From an uncultured Desulfobacterales bacterium (GTDB lineage: Bacteria > Desulfobacterota > Desulfobacteria > Desulfobacterales > C00003060): DNA of 64,000 nt. Shown here piece after piece: positions 18,230 to 27,625 of this stretch (the stretch's first letter is position 1; each line of letters opens with the position of its first letter). The notes below the pieces were generated by a model. That model saw only the letters and a list, made by a program, of their open reading frames with translations, searched no databases and had not been told where the DNA came from. The position numbers were made by a program, and so were the translations under genes. Location of the stretch: assembly GCA_964430705.1 (NCBI GenBank), contig CAYSGJ010000231.1:3245-67244 (forward strand), given 5' to 3'.

Positions 18230-19963
18230 ATGATCAACAAGTATTTTCAAGACGAACTGGCGCATTTAAGAGAACTGGGCGAAGAATTTTCCAGGGCCCA
18301 TCCCGCTTTGGCCCCAATGCTGATCGGTTCTTCAACAGATCCCGATGTAGAGCGCCTGCTGGAAGGCGTGGCTTTTTTAACCGGGTTGTTGCGGGAAAAG
18401 CTGGACGATGATTTTCCTGAAATCATTCATGAACTCATCCGGTTGCTTTGGCCCCATTATCTCCGGCCGGTACCTTGCGCCACAATTATGGCCTTTAAAC
18501 CAAAACCCACCGTGAAACAAACCATGCGAATTCCTGCAGGAGTGCAGGTTTCGTCATTGCCGGTTGAGGGGACATCTTGTGTCTTTCGAACCTGTTACGA
18601 CGTGGAGTTGCACCCACTTCATATTTTGGATGCGAAATTCATAGAAACCGGGGGTCGTCCCCCCGCTGTGGAGATTTCTTTGGAGTTAAGAGGGCCGAAT
18701 CTTTCCGATTGGCAACCCCAAGCGCTGCGGTTTTATCTCGCCGGGACTTACGGACTCGCCACGGAGATGTATCTGTTGCTGCGGCATTACCTGAAACGGA
18801 TCGTGGTGATGCCCGAGGAGGGCGGCAGTACGTTTGTTTTATTGCCGGATGACTTGAAACCCGTCGGTTTTTCTGATGATGAAGAGTTGATCCCTTATCC
18901 GACCCATTCCTTCCCGGGGTACCGTATTTTGCAGGAGTTCTTCTGGTTGCCCGAAAAGTTTCTTTTTCTGGAGATTGCGGGCTGGGAACGTTGGGTGGAA
19001 AGAGGCAGCGGCACACGATTTGAGATCCGTTTTGAACTCGATCCTTTTCCATTTCCAGCTCCACGAATAAAACGGAACAGTTTCGTCCTGTCGGCGGTTC
19101 CCGCGATCAATGTTTTCCCGTTTGACGCGGACCCCATCCGGCTGGATCATCGGGCGACGGAATATGCCGTGCGACCTGCCGGCGCCAATGCCGACCATTA
19201 CCAGGTGTACGGTGTGGAGGAGGTCAAGGGTTTCGTTCAGGGGACGGCGGAAGAGCGGACCTATTTGCCCTTCGAAATGTTTAGTTCGGACTTTCAAGCC
19301 ACCCCTGTGTATCGCTTGAAAACCAGGAAGTCCCTAAGCGGAGAGACAATAGATAGTTTTATATCTGTGGCCTATCCGAAAGACGGGGGCGTGCCGGCCA
19401 TTGAAACTCTTTCTATAGGGCTTTCGTGTACGAACGGAAGATTGCCGGAGAATCTTCAGGTTGGGGATATTTCAAGACCCACGACCAGCACACCGGAGTT
19501 CGTTGAGTTCGAGAACATTGTTCCGGTGACGAACAATGTCCTTCCCCCTCTCGGTTCCAATTTGTTGTGGCGGTTGTTGTCTCATCTGTCGTTGAATTAC
19601 GTGTCGCTGGCCAAAGCGGACAATTTGCGGGCATTGTTGGAATTTTATATTTTTCAAGACAGCCGAGACAGGGGGATCCGACTTGCAAACCAAAAAAGAA
19701 TCCTCGGCATTGAAGATCTCCAGGCGCAAGTGTCGAACAGGCTTGTTTCGGGCGTCATGCTGAGGGGACAGGAAATAACGATAAAGATGCGGCAGGACCA
19801 TTTTGCCGGTCCGGGAGACCTATTTCTTTTTGGGTGTATCTTAGACTATTTTCTCGGGACGTACGCTTCCATCAACTCCTATACGAAGCTATATGTCGAC
19901 GAGGCGATAAAGGGAGAGCGTTATCAATGGCCGCCGAGGGTCGGAGATCATCCTTTGATCTGA
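18230..19963 (+). CDS. tssF: T6SS baseplate protein TssF (ImpG)
   Basis: MINKYFQDELAHLRELGEEFSRAHPALAPML is the canonical TssF N-terminus. 577 aa. Confidence 0.9.
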   Translation: MINKYFQDELAHLRELGEEFSRAHPALAPMLIGSSTDPDVERLLEGVAFLTGLLREKLDDDFPEIIHELIRLLWPHYLRPVPCATIMAFKPKPTVKQTMRIPAGVQVSSLPVEGTSCVFRTCYDVELHPLHILDAKFIETGGRPPAVEISLELRGPNLSDWQPQALRFYLAGTYGLATEMYLLLRHYLKRIVVMPEEGGSTFVLLPDDLKPVGFSDDEELIPYPTHSFPGYRILQEFFWLPEKFLFLEIAGWERWVERGSGTRFEIRFELDPFPFPAPRIKRNSFVLSAVPAINVFPFDADPIRLDHRATEYAVRPAGANADHYQVYGVEEVKGFVQGTAEERTYLPFEMFSSDFQATPVYRLKTRKSLSGETIDSFISVAYPKDGGVPAIETLSIGLSCTNGRLPENLQVGDISRPTTSTPEFVEFENIVPVTNNVLPPLGSNLLWRLLSHLSLNYVSLAKADNLRALLEFYIFQDSRDRGIRLANQKRILGIEDLQAQVSNRLVSGVMLRGQEITIKMRQDHFAGPGDLFLFGCILDYFLGTYASINSYTKLYVDEAIKGERYQWPPRVGDHPLI

Positions 19964-20967
19964 GGGTTGATCTGCTCAAGGAATCACGCTCATTTTCTTT
20001 TTTTCAGGTGTTGCGTCTTTTGCGTTTGTTCGCTCGCGCGGGCTCAAAGGGCTGCGATTCCGGGTTCACGGACTTTAACAACGTAAGGGTCCGGCCGTCG
20101 CTGTCCCTTGGCTTTCCTCCCGCCGATGTCGACGGCATTGTCGATGTCGACGAGGAGGGACATTCGTATCAAGTAACGGCAACCCCGTTGGGTCTTTATG
20201 GCTCTTCATCGCCTTTGCCGACGTTTTATACCGAAGACCTTCTTGAGGAAGCCTCTGAGGACGAAACTGTCAGCAGAGCCTTCATCGACATTATCAATCA
20301 TCGGCTGTATGTCCTTTTGTTCCGATGTTGGAGCAAGTATCGTCAGTTCGTTCAGGTGGTCGAAGAAAAAAACCCGGCAATACTCCAACGCTTGTTCTCT
20401 TTGGTGGGGCTCGGGGAAGATTTACTCAGACAAGATATTCCGGACGCCTATGGTCTGATTCGATATGCCGGCTTATTGACGCAATTTCCTCGATCCGCGG
20501 TTGGTCTCAGGGCCCTGCTGCAAGCCGCCCTTGACGATATTGCCGTACAGGTGATCCCGTGTGTTTTGAGGGTGGCGAAAATTCCGCCGGATCAGCGCGT
20601 GATGCTGGGAGAATCCGGCGGACGATTAGGACAAGACAGCCATATAGGGATGGAAGTCGATGACCGGATGGGCAAATTCAAGCTGCGTATCGGTCCTTTG
20701 GATTGTTTGCAGTTTCAGTCGTTGCTGCCCGGCAGGGGGAAATGCGAAAAACTTTCCTTCCTGACGCGTTTTTATGTACAGGACCCTCTCGAGTATGAAA
20801 TCGAACTGATTTTGGCCGAAAAGCAGGCTGGTTGTGCTTGTCTGGGTGCTCCGGAGTGGTCAAAGTTGGGGCTGGACACCTGGATTTTTTCGGGGGACGG
20901 CTTGGAGGAGGTTCACGTCGGATTTTCGCCGGATCAGACGCCCACAACAGGCGTCGGCGGAGGTTAG
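19927..20967 (+). CDS. tssG: T6SS baseplate protein TssG (ImpH)
   Basis: ATG 19927 overlaps the tssF 3' end by 37 nt. It carries the SFSFFQVLRLLRL motif and the LTRFY..P...EIEL tail typical of TssG. Confidence 0.85.
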   Translation: MAAEGRRSSFDLRVDLLKESRSFSFFQVLRLLRLFARAGSKGCDSGFTDFNNVRVRPSLSLGFPPADVDGIVDVDEEGHSYQVTATPLGLYGSSSPLPTFYTEDLLEEASEDETVSRAFIDIINHRLYVLLFRCWSKYRQFVQVVEEKNPAILQRLFSLVGLGEDLLRQDIPDAYGLIRYAGLLTQFPRSAVGLRALLQAALDDIAVQVIPCVLRVAKIPPDQRVMLGESGGRLGQDSHIGMEVDDRMGKFKLRIGPLDCLQFQSLLPGRGKCEKLSFLTRFYVQDPLEYEIELILAEKQAGCACLGAPEWSKLGLDTWIFSGDGLEEVHVGFSPDQTPTTGVGGG

Positions 20968-21159
20968 GGTTTGGAAACAGGGCTTCCGCCGTATTGCAAC
21001 AAGGCTGGTCCCGGCGTGTAAAGACCGCTTTGCCATGCAAACAAGGCACACATTGCACTCGCTTTGCTTTTGTCCGCGGGCGATGGATGTAGGGCGGCGT
21101 CGGACAGGAGTCGTTACGCTGGATGGAATACATTATCATAAGGAGCCAGGAGATTCGCC

Positions 21160-23787
21160 ATGATCAGAGTCGACATCAAATCGCTGTTGGGTCGTTTGAA
21201 TTCTTACTGCACCCGGTGTTTGGAAAATGCAGCCGGGTACTGCGTTTCTCGGACCCATTATGAAGTAACCGTAGAGCATTTTCTGGCAAAAGTCTTAGAA
21301 GAACCCCAATCGGATCTTCCTTTGATATTCCGCCAGTTCGACATGGATCCGGGCCGTGTTCAAAAGGCGATAGAGGATACGGTCGAAGACTTTCGAACAG
21401 GCAATGCGGCCAAGCCGGTTTTTTCCCCTTTGCTTATGGAGCTTTTTCAGGAAGGTTGGTTGGTGGCCTCCGTCGACCTTGACGAAAACCGCCTCAGGTC
21501 CGGCGCCATCCTTTTGACCCTGCTGAAAAACCCTACGCAATTTGCTTCCGGAAGCTATGTGGACTTGTTGACCACGATCGGCAAGGATGCCCTTCAGTCC
21601 CGGTTCTGGGATATCGTCAAAGGATCAGTGGAAAAACCAACGGCCGCAGAAGGGCCGGTAAGAGAAGACGGCAGGCCCGCGGAGACCACGGCCATTGGGC
21701 GTTTCTGTGATGACTTTACGGCAAAAGCACGATCCGGAGAGATCGATCCGGTTTTCGGGCGGGATCGGGAGATCCGTCAGATGGTCGATATTCTGGCGCG
21801 ACGCCGGAAGAACAACCCGATCTGCGTGGGTGAGGCCGGTGTGGGAAAGACCGCGGTTGTTGAAGGACTGGCTCTTAGAATCGTAGAAGGAGATGTCCCT
21901 GATTTGTTGCGCGACGTCTCTATCTTGGGGCTGGATATGGGGCTTCTGCAGGCGGGGGCGGGAATGAAGGGGGAGTTTGAAAACCGCTTGAAGTCGGTGA
22001 TCAACGAGATCAAGGCCTCCCCGAAACCGATCATCCTGTTTATTGACGAGGCCCACACCCTGATCGGCGCCGGCGGACCGGCCGGCGGCGGCGATGCGGC
22101 AAATCTGCTGAAACCGGCCCTGGCCCGGGGTGAACTCAAAACAGTGGCGGCTACCACATGGTCGGAATACAAGAAGTACTTTGAAAAGGACCCGGCCCTG
22201 GCCCGGCGCTTTCAACTGGTGAAGCTGGATGAGCCATCGCAGCAAACGGCGGTGTTGATTCTGCGGGGGTTGAAGAAAAAATATGAAGATGCTCATGGCG
22301 TAGTCGTAAGAGATGATGCCGCGGAGGCCGCGGCGGAACTGTCGAGCCGGTATATTTCCGGCAGGCAGCTTCCGGACAAGGCGGTGGATCTTTTGGATAC
22401 CAGCGCGGCGAGGGTCAAAGTCCTGCTTTCTGCCAAACCCGATGTCATTGAGGACAAGGAAAGAACGATGCAGGCCCTGGAACGAGAAAAGAGCGCACTG
22501 GAAAGGGATGATCTCCACGGTATTGACGTGGACCCGGAACGGCTCCAGACCATCGATGCGCAAGTAAAGACCTTGCAAGAAGAGCTGGCGGCCCTGAAAG
22601 ACCGATGGCTGAAGGAACAGGAACTGGGGAAAACCCTTGTTGAAAAAAGACGGGAACTGTATGAACTTAAGAGCGGCGGCGGCCTGGATAAGAGCAAGGA
22701 GGAAGAGCTTAAGAACGAAATCGGAAAAGGCATCCATGCATTAAAGAGCCTTCAGGGCGAGAATCCCCTGGTTCGATTCGAAGTGGATCCGGACGTGGTT
22801 TCCAAAGTGGTTTCGGACTGGACCGGCATTCCTCTTGGAAAAGTCATGCGGGACCAGGCCCGAAGCGTGCTGGATCTGGAGGAAAATCTTCAGAAGCGGA
22901 TTAAGGGGCAGGACGAGGCCCTTGGGGTGATCACCGAGGTGATCAAGGCCGGCAAGGCAGGATTGAAAGATCCCGCCCAGCCTTTGGGCGTGTTTTTGCT
23001 GGTCGGTCCCAGTGGGGTCGGAAAAACAGAAAGCGGGCTGGCGGTGGCGGACCTGCTTTTTGGGGGCGAGCGATTTATGGTCACCATCAACATGAGCGAG
23101 TTTCAGGAACGGCACACAGTGAGCCGACTGATCGGTTCGCCTCCGGGATATGTAGGCTATGGGGAGGGGGGTGTGCTTTCCGAAGGCGTTCGGCAGCGGC
23201 CTTATTCCCTGGTACTCTTGGACGAGGTGGAAAAAGCGCATCTAGAAGTTCTGAATCTTTTTTACCAGGTTTTTGACAAGGGGACTCTGTCCGATGGAGA
23301 GGGCAGGGTGATCGATTTCAAGAATACCGTCGTTTTTCTCACAAGCAATCTGGCTACGGATGTGATTACGGAGCTATGCTCCAACGGACAACGGCCGGAC
23401 TATGAGACTTTGATGGCCGCTATCCGACCGATTTTGAGCAATCATTTCAAGCCCGCCTTGTTGGCGCGGATGAATATTGCGCCGTTCTACACACTTCCGC
23501 CCGACATCATGAAGAAAATCGTTTCTCTCAAGATGAACAAGCTGGCGACAAGGCTGAAGGAAACGCACAAGATGAGGCTTGTCACCGCTCCGGAAGTGGA
23601 AGATCAAATTGCAGCCCGGTGCACGGAAGTGGAGACGGGCGCCAGGAACATCGACCACATTATGAATGGGACCATCATGCCTCTGATGTCCAGAGAAATT
23701 TTGGCCCGGTTGAGCGAAGAGGCCATGCCGTCCTTGGTGCATTTGGGAGTGGCCGAAGACGGCGCCTTTAAGATCGATTTTGAATAG
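21160..23787 (+). CDS. clpV: T6SS AAA+ disassembly ATPase ClpV (TssH)
   Basis: 875 aa with a Clp N-domain, two Walker A loops (GEAGVGKT, GPSGVGKT) and a coiled-coil middle domain. Confidence 0.95.
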   Translation: MIRVDIKSLLGRLNSYCTRCLENAAGYCVSRTHYEVTVEHFLAKVLEEPQSDLPLIFRQFDMDPGRVQKAIEDTVEDFRTGNAAKPVFSPLLMELFQEGWLVASVDLDENRLRSGAILLTLLKNPTQFASGSYVDLLTTIGKDALQSRFWDIVKGSVEKPTAAEGPVREDGRPAETTAIGRFCDDFTAKARSGEIDPVFGRDREIRQMVDILARRRKNNPICVGEAGVGKTAVVEGLALRIVEGDVPDLLRDVSILGLDMGLLQAGAGMKGEFENRLKSVINEIKASPKPIILFIDEAHTLIGAGGPAGGGDAANLLKPALARGELKTVAATTWSEYKKYFEKDPALARRFQLVKLDEPSQQTAVLILRGLKKKYEDAHGVVVRDDAAEAAAELSSRYISGRQLPDKAVDLLDTSAARVKVLLSAKPDVIEDKERTMQALEREKSALERDDLHGIDVDPERLQTIDAQVKTLQEELAALKDRWLKEQELGKTLVEKRRELYELKSGGGLDKSKEEELKNEIGKGIHALKSLQGENPLVRFEVDPDVVSKVVSDWTGIPLGKVMRDQARSVLDLEENLQKRIKGQDEALGVITEVIKAGKAGLKDPAQPLGVFLLVGPSGVGKTESGLAVADLLFGGERFMVTINMSEFQERHTVSRLIGSPPGYVGYGEGGVLSEGVRQRPYSLVLLDEVEKAHLEVLNLFYQVFDKGTLSDGEGRVIDFKNTVVFLTSNLATDVITELCSNGQRPDYETLMAAIRPILSNHFKPALLARMNIAPFYTLPPDIMKKIVSLKMNKLATRLKETHKMRLVTAPEVEDQIAARCTEVETGARNIDHIMNGTIMPLMSREILARLSEEAMPSLVHLGVAEDGAFKIDFE

Positions 23788-23831
23788 CGGCTCGATCTTT
23801 ACGCGCCGTGCAGTCATTGGGGGGGTAATCC

Positions 23832-25886
23832 ATGGCCCAAGAAAGAAGAATCAACGAAGCTGAGTTTCGTTTCAAGGTTATCGATCCGGAAAAGGAATTC
23901 GGAGTCCTGTCTTTCACGGCGACGGAAAGCATATCGGCTTTGTTCGATGTGCGTCTGAACCTGGTTTCGGAAGACGTGGCGCCGTTTGACGAGGTCATCA
24001 ACAAGGCGGCCGTGTTGACCATCTTTAGTGAGGATGATAAAGGAAACCGCAGCTATCGTTACTTCCACGGCATTATCTGCGAATTCGGACAGGCCGGAAC
24101 TTCGGGTCGTTTCCACATCTATCGCGCCCGCATCGTACCCGCGCTTTGGCGCCTTTCTCTGAAGCAAAATTGCCGGATATTTCAAGAGGAAAAGATTACC
24201 GAAATTATCGAAAAAATACTCAAAGAAGGAGAAATCGAAAGCGACCGCTACAACATACCCGGCAAAGTCAAGGGGAATTGTGAAGTAAAAACATACAGCG
24301 TCCAATATCGTGAAACGGACATGAACTTCATTTCTCGACTTCTGGAAGAAGAGGGGATCTTTTATTTTTATGAACATGCCGAGGACAAGCATGTGTGGTT
24401 GTTGGGAGACGATCCGGTAAGCTATAAAACGATCTCCGGCAACGAGGAGGTCCTTTTCAGCGATGCGGAATCCATGGTGCCGAAGGAAGATTTCATCAAC
24501 GTTTTTGCCTTGTCTTGCCAAGTGCATTCGGGAAAAATCACCTTGAGAGATTTCAATTTCGAAAAGTCTCTGGTGGATTTAACCGCACAAGATGAGAAGG
24601 ATCCCTACAAAAAGTTGGAGGTATACGATTACCCCGGAGAATATTTGGAAGAAGGGGTGGGAAAGAAATTGGCGAAAATGCGCCTGGAAGAAGCGACGAT
24701 GTTCAAAGAAAAGGCCGTCGGCAAGAGCAATTGTTTCCGGTTCGCCCCGGGTTTTACTTTTAAGCTCAAGGGACATACCACATCGGCATTAAACAAAGAG
24801 TATCTTATCGTCGAGAATATGCACCGGGGCACCCAACCCCAGGTCCTCGAGGAGCGGGCCGCGGCCGGCGGCACCGACTACTCCAATGAGTTTGTATGCA
24901 TCGACTCTTCCATTGTGTTTCGTCCGGTAAGACGCACGCCCAAACCCATCGTGGAGGGGGTTCAGACGGCCATGGTGGTCGGTCCAAAAAGCGAGGAAAT
25001 CTATACGGACAAACACGGCCGGGTCAAAGTGCAGTTTCACTGGGACCGGGAAGGCAAGTACGATGAAAAGAGTTCATGCTGGGTCCGGGTGGCCCAGAGT
25101 ATGGCCGGCAGGAACTGGGGATCCATGTATCTTCCCCGGATCGGCCATGAGGTGATCGTCAGTTTCATAGAAGGGGATCCGGATCGACCCATCATTACGG
25201 GAAGCGTGTATAACAGCGAGGCCGTTCCGCCTTATGAACTTCCCGCGGAAAAAACCAAGTCCACATATAAAAGCTATTCTACGCCTGATGGCGATGGCTT
25301 CAATGAAATTCGTTTCGAAGACAAGAAAGGCGAAGAACAAGTCTTTATTCATGCGGAAAATGCTCATGACCTTCGGGTGAAAGGCATGTCCCGGGAATTT
25401 GTGGGAGGCGAACGACATTCCATCGTAAAAAAGAAATACGTGGAAAAAATCGAGGAAGACAAGCATCTGTGGGTGGTGGGAGATCACAGAGAATACATCG
25501 AAAGCGACGCGCACCGAAAGATTGACGGCGATAAGCACGAACTGGTGGAAGGCAACTGGATGCATCAGGCCCGGGGCGAGGCTAAACTGGGAAGCCATCA
25601 AAAGATGGTGATTGTTTCGGGCATGCAAATATCGCTTAAGGTGGGGGGGAATTTTATTGATATCAGTCCAAGCGGCATTACGATTAAAGGCACACAGGTA
25701 CTGATTAACAGCGGCGGATCCAGTGCCAGCGAATCCGCTTTTTCAGGCAACCCGCCCGATGAACCGTTGGAGGCCGATACCGCAGTGACGGGACAACGCG
25801 TGGAGTTGAGGCAACAAGCGCCCTGCGCCCAGGCGCAAGCCATGCAACAGGCCTCCCAGTCCGGCGCGCCGTTCTGTGAGGGCTGA
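23832..25886 (+). CDS. vgrG: T6SS spike protein VgrG (TssI) with a ~60-aa non-helix C-terminal tail
   Basis: 684 aa. The gp27/gp5-like core includes FHWDREGKYDEKSSCWVRVAQSMAGRNWGSMYLPRIGHEVIVSFIEGDPDRPIITG. It has a Q/A-rich, two-Cys tail. Confidence 0.95.
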   Translation: MAQERRINEAEFRFKVIDPEKEFGVLSFTATESISALFDVRLNLVSEDVAPFDEVINKAAVLTIFSEDDKGNRSYRYFHGIICEFGQAGTSGRFHIYRARIVPALWRLSLKQNCRIFQEEKITEIIEKILKEGEIESDRYNIPGKVKGNCEVKTYSVQYRETDMNFISRLLEEEGIFYFYEHAEDKHVWLLGDDPVSYKTISGNEEVLFSDAESMVPKEDFINVFALSCQVHSGKITLRDFNFEKSLVDLTAQDEKDPYKKLEVYDYPGEYLEEGVGKKLAKMRLEEATMFKEKAVGKSNCFRFAPGFTFKLKGHTTSALNKEYLIVENMHRGTQPQVLEERAAAGGTDYSNEFVCIDSSIVFRPVRRTPKPIVEGVQTAMVVGPKSEEIYTDKHGRVKVQFHWDREGKYDEKSSCWVRVAQSMAGRNWGSMYLPRIGHEVIVSFIEGDPDRPIITGSVYNSEAVPPYELPAEKTKSTYKSYSTPDGDGFNEIRFEDKKGEEQVFIHAENAHDLRVKGMSREFVGGERHSIVKKKYVEKIEEDKHLWVVGDHREYIESDAHRKIDGDKHELVEGNWMHQARGEAKLGSHQKMVIVSGMQISLKVGGNFIDISPSGITIKGTQVLINSGGSSASESAFSGNPPDEPLEADTAVTGQRVELRQQAPCAQAQAMQQASQSGAPFCEG

Positions 25887-25941
25887 CCGGAAACCCTCTG
25901 AGCCCGTGCAGGCTCAACACAATAGAGAAACGAGACAGTCT

Positions 25942-26502
25942 ATGACGGATCCAAAACAGATTCAAAATACGGTGATACCCCTTTGGTGGCCAGGCGACAA
26001 AAACCTTCGAAAAAATATCTATGCCATACTGGACCCGGCAAGAGACGACGGCATGTTGGAGAAGCTTTTTGAAACCGACCTGGAAATGTGCTGCCTTTTT
26101 CCCGGAACTGAGGGAAACGACTTGCGCGCTGTGGCGCCGTATCTGGTAGCCCTGAAAGAGACAAATCCTGTTACCAAGTGGCTCTTGGAACGCGGCTGGG
26201 GGAAGAGCTGGGGCATTTTTGCCGAATCATCGGAAAACTTCATTGTTATGCGGCGCCATTTCCGCAAATTTTTTATTGTCTATGACGAACAGGGGCAGTC
26301 CCTGTTTTTTCGATATTATGATCCGAGGGTGCTCCGCGTCTTCTTCCCGACTTGCGACAAGATGCAACTCGCGGCTTTTTTCGGCCCCGTCGTCCGCTAT
26401 TTTGTGGAATCAGAAGACGGCAACGCCCTGATCCAGTACTCCCCGGCAAAGGGCAGGTTGATGGAACATACCATAGACTTTGCCGGAGTGGGCGCCGAAT
26501 AA
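25942..26502 (+). CDS. DUF4123-family T6SS effector adaptor/chaperone
   Basis: IYAILDPARDD..APYLVAL..WG.SWGIF..FRYYDPRVLRVFF is the DUF4123 signature. Start taken at ATG 25942. Confidence 0.8.
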   Translation: MTDPKQIQNTVIPLWWPGDKNLRKNIYAILDPARDDGMLEKLFETDLEMCCLFPGTEGNDLRAVAPYLVALKETNPVTKWLLERGWGKSWGIFAESSENFIVMRRHFRKFFIVYDEQGQSLFFRYYDPRVLRVFFPTCDKMQLAAFFGPVVRYFVESEDGNALIQYSPAKGRLMEHTIDFAGVGAE

Positions 26503-26556
26503 CGGCGGTTGATTTCATGTGTTGATCATTTAAACATTCGAATTATGGATTTGTTT

Positions 26557-26579
26557 GCCGTTCTCGCCTTGAGAACGGC
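26557..26579. other. 9-bp perfect stem-loop in the DUF4123-PAAR spacer
   Basis: GCCGTTCTC gcctt GAGAACGGC with no U-tract. Function unknown. Confidence 0.3.
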
Positions 26580-26708
26580 ATGAAAGTCGAAATTATATAT
26601 TGGGTTTTAAAAGAGGCGCCGGATAAGCCCCCTTTATACGGGGCAAACGAAAATCCGGACACTCCGGACCCGGATTATTATTGCCAATAAGGATAAGGAG
26701 GCCAAACG

Positions 26709-27029
26709 ATGCCGCCGCAAGGAAGACTCGGGGATAAGTCGCACGCGCCGGCGGACGCCCACGGATGCGTTGCCTGTCCTCATCCGGTGATCGGCCCCGC
26801 CATTCAAGGATCCCCTGACGTGCTGGTAAACAATCAACCGGCCCTGCGGGTTGGAGACAAGGGCATCCATGCGCCTTGTTGCGGCGCCAACATGTGGACG
26901 GCCGTGAAGGGAAGCGCCACGGTATTCATCAACAATATGCCCGCCCATCGCATGGGCGATGACGATCAACATTGCGGCGGCATGGGTAAGCTTATAGAAG
27001 GCAGTTCGGATGTCTTCGTAGGCGACTAA
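26709..27029 (+). CDS. PAAR-domain spike-tip protein
   Basis: 106 aa. PALRVGD, PAHRMGD and SSDVFVGD repeats with HGC..CPHP Zn-site residues are typical of PAAR. Confidence 0.9.
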   Translation: MPPQGRLGDKSHAPADAHGCVACPHPVIGPAIQGSPDVLVNNQPALRVGDKGIHAPCCGANMWTAVKGSATVFINNMPAHRMGDDDQHCGGMGKLIEGSSDVFVGD

Positions 27030-27147
27030 CTTTCCAGTGACAGCGTTGGATCCGGTCTGGGGCGCAGCATAAGGTTCCGGAGGCGCTGCGAGAACCCGGA
27101 AGCCTATGCGACAGCCGCCTAGACACTATTCCCCATAAAAAGGCGAG

Positions 27148-27184
27148 AAAAAAACGCAAAGGGTGCCGGAGGCGTTTTTTTTTT
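27148..27184 (+). terminator. possible terminator after the PAAR gene
   Basis: AAAAAAACGC (27148-27157) pairs with GCGTTTTTTT (27172-27181) around a 14-nt loop, followed by a run of T to 27184. The stem is A/T-rich, so the call is weak. Confidence 0.35.
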
Positions 27185-27222
27185 CGATTATTGCCTACAC
27201 GAGACTAAAGGGTTTTACGGCC

Positions 27223-27564
27223 ATGCTGCTGATCAGTAAAGAACAAATGAATGCCCTGGATGCCGCGATGGGCGAGCGTTTCATCCAGAAGATGTTGGAA
27301 CATCTTCGCGACGTCTTTTCAGAGGAGATCACGGAAAAGACGGACGAGGACATACGCGCCGTCATTGTGGATGGGATGATGAAAGCCTCCGCATACAACA
27401 TCACTGAAGAACAGGCAGTCGCTCTTTTTATTGATTTGAGGGTGGGAATGGGGCAAGATTTTGAACTGAAAAAGGGCAACGAATGGATGTTGTCCATAGT
27501 GGAAAAAGAAGATCTGTCGGGACAAGAAAAAATGGATCTTCTCTATGCGCGATTGCAGGATTAA
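27223..27564 (+). CDS. hypothetical 113-aa helical protein upstream of the effector candidate
   Basis: Start moved to ATG 27223 because the 5' extension covers the terminator-like structure. Acidic helical sequence with no assignable motif. Confidence 0.5.
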   Translation: MLLISKEQMNALDAAMGERFIQKMLEHLRDVFSEEITEKTDEDIRAVIVDGMMKASAYNITEEQAVALFIDLRVGMGQDFELKKGNEWMLSIVEKEDLSGQEKMDLLYARLQD

Positions 27565-27625
27565 CGCGGGACCATGGAATGCACCGTAAGTTTGTAAAGG
27601 ACTATGTTCAAGGAGCATAGCTTTC

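Noticed and set aside
20968-21159. Sigma-54-like AGGCACACATTGCA in the tssG-clpV spacer
   Set aside because: The GG-to-GC spacing is 8 nt instead of 10, so it does not fit the -24/-12 geometry.
21625-22737. 370-aa minus-strand ORF (with a further 146-aa and 131-aa ORF)
   Set aside because: They are antisense to clpV with its two Walker A loops. Shadow frames.
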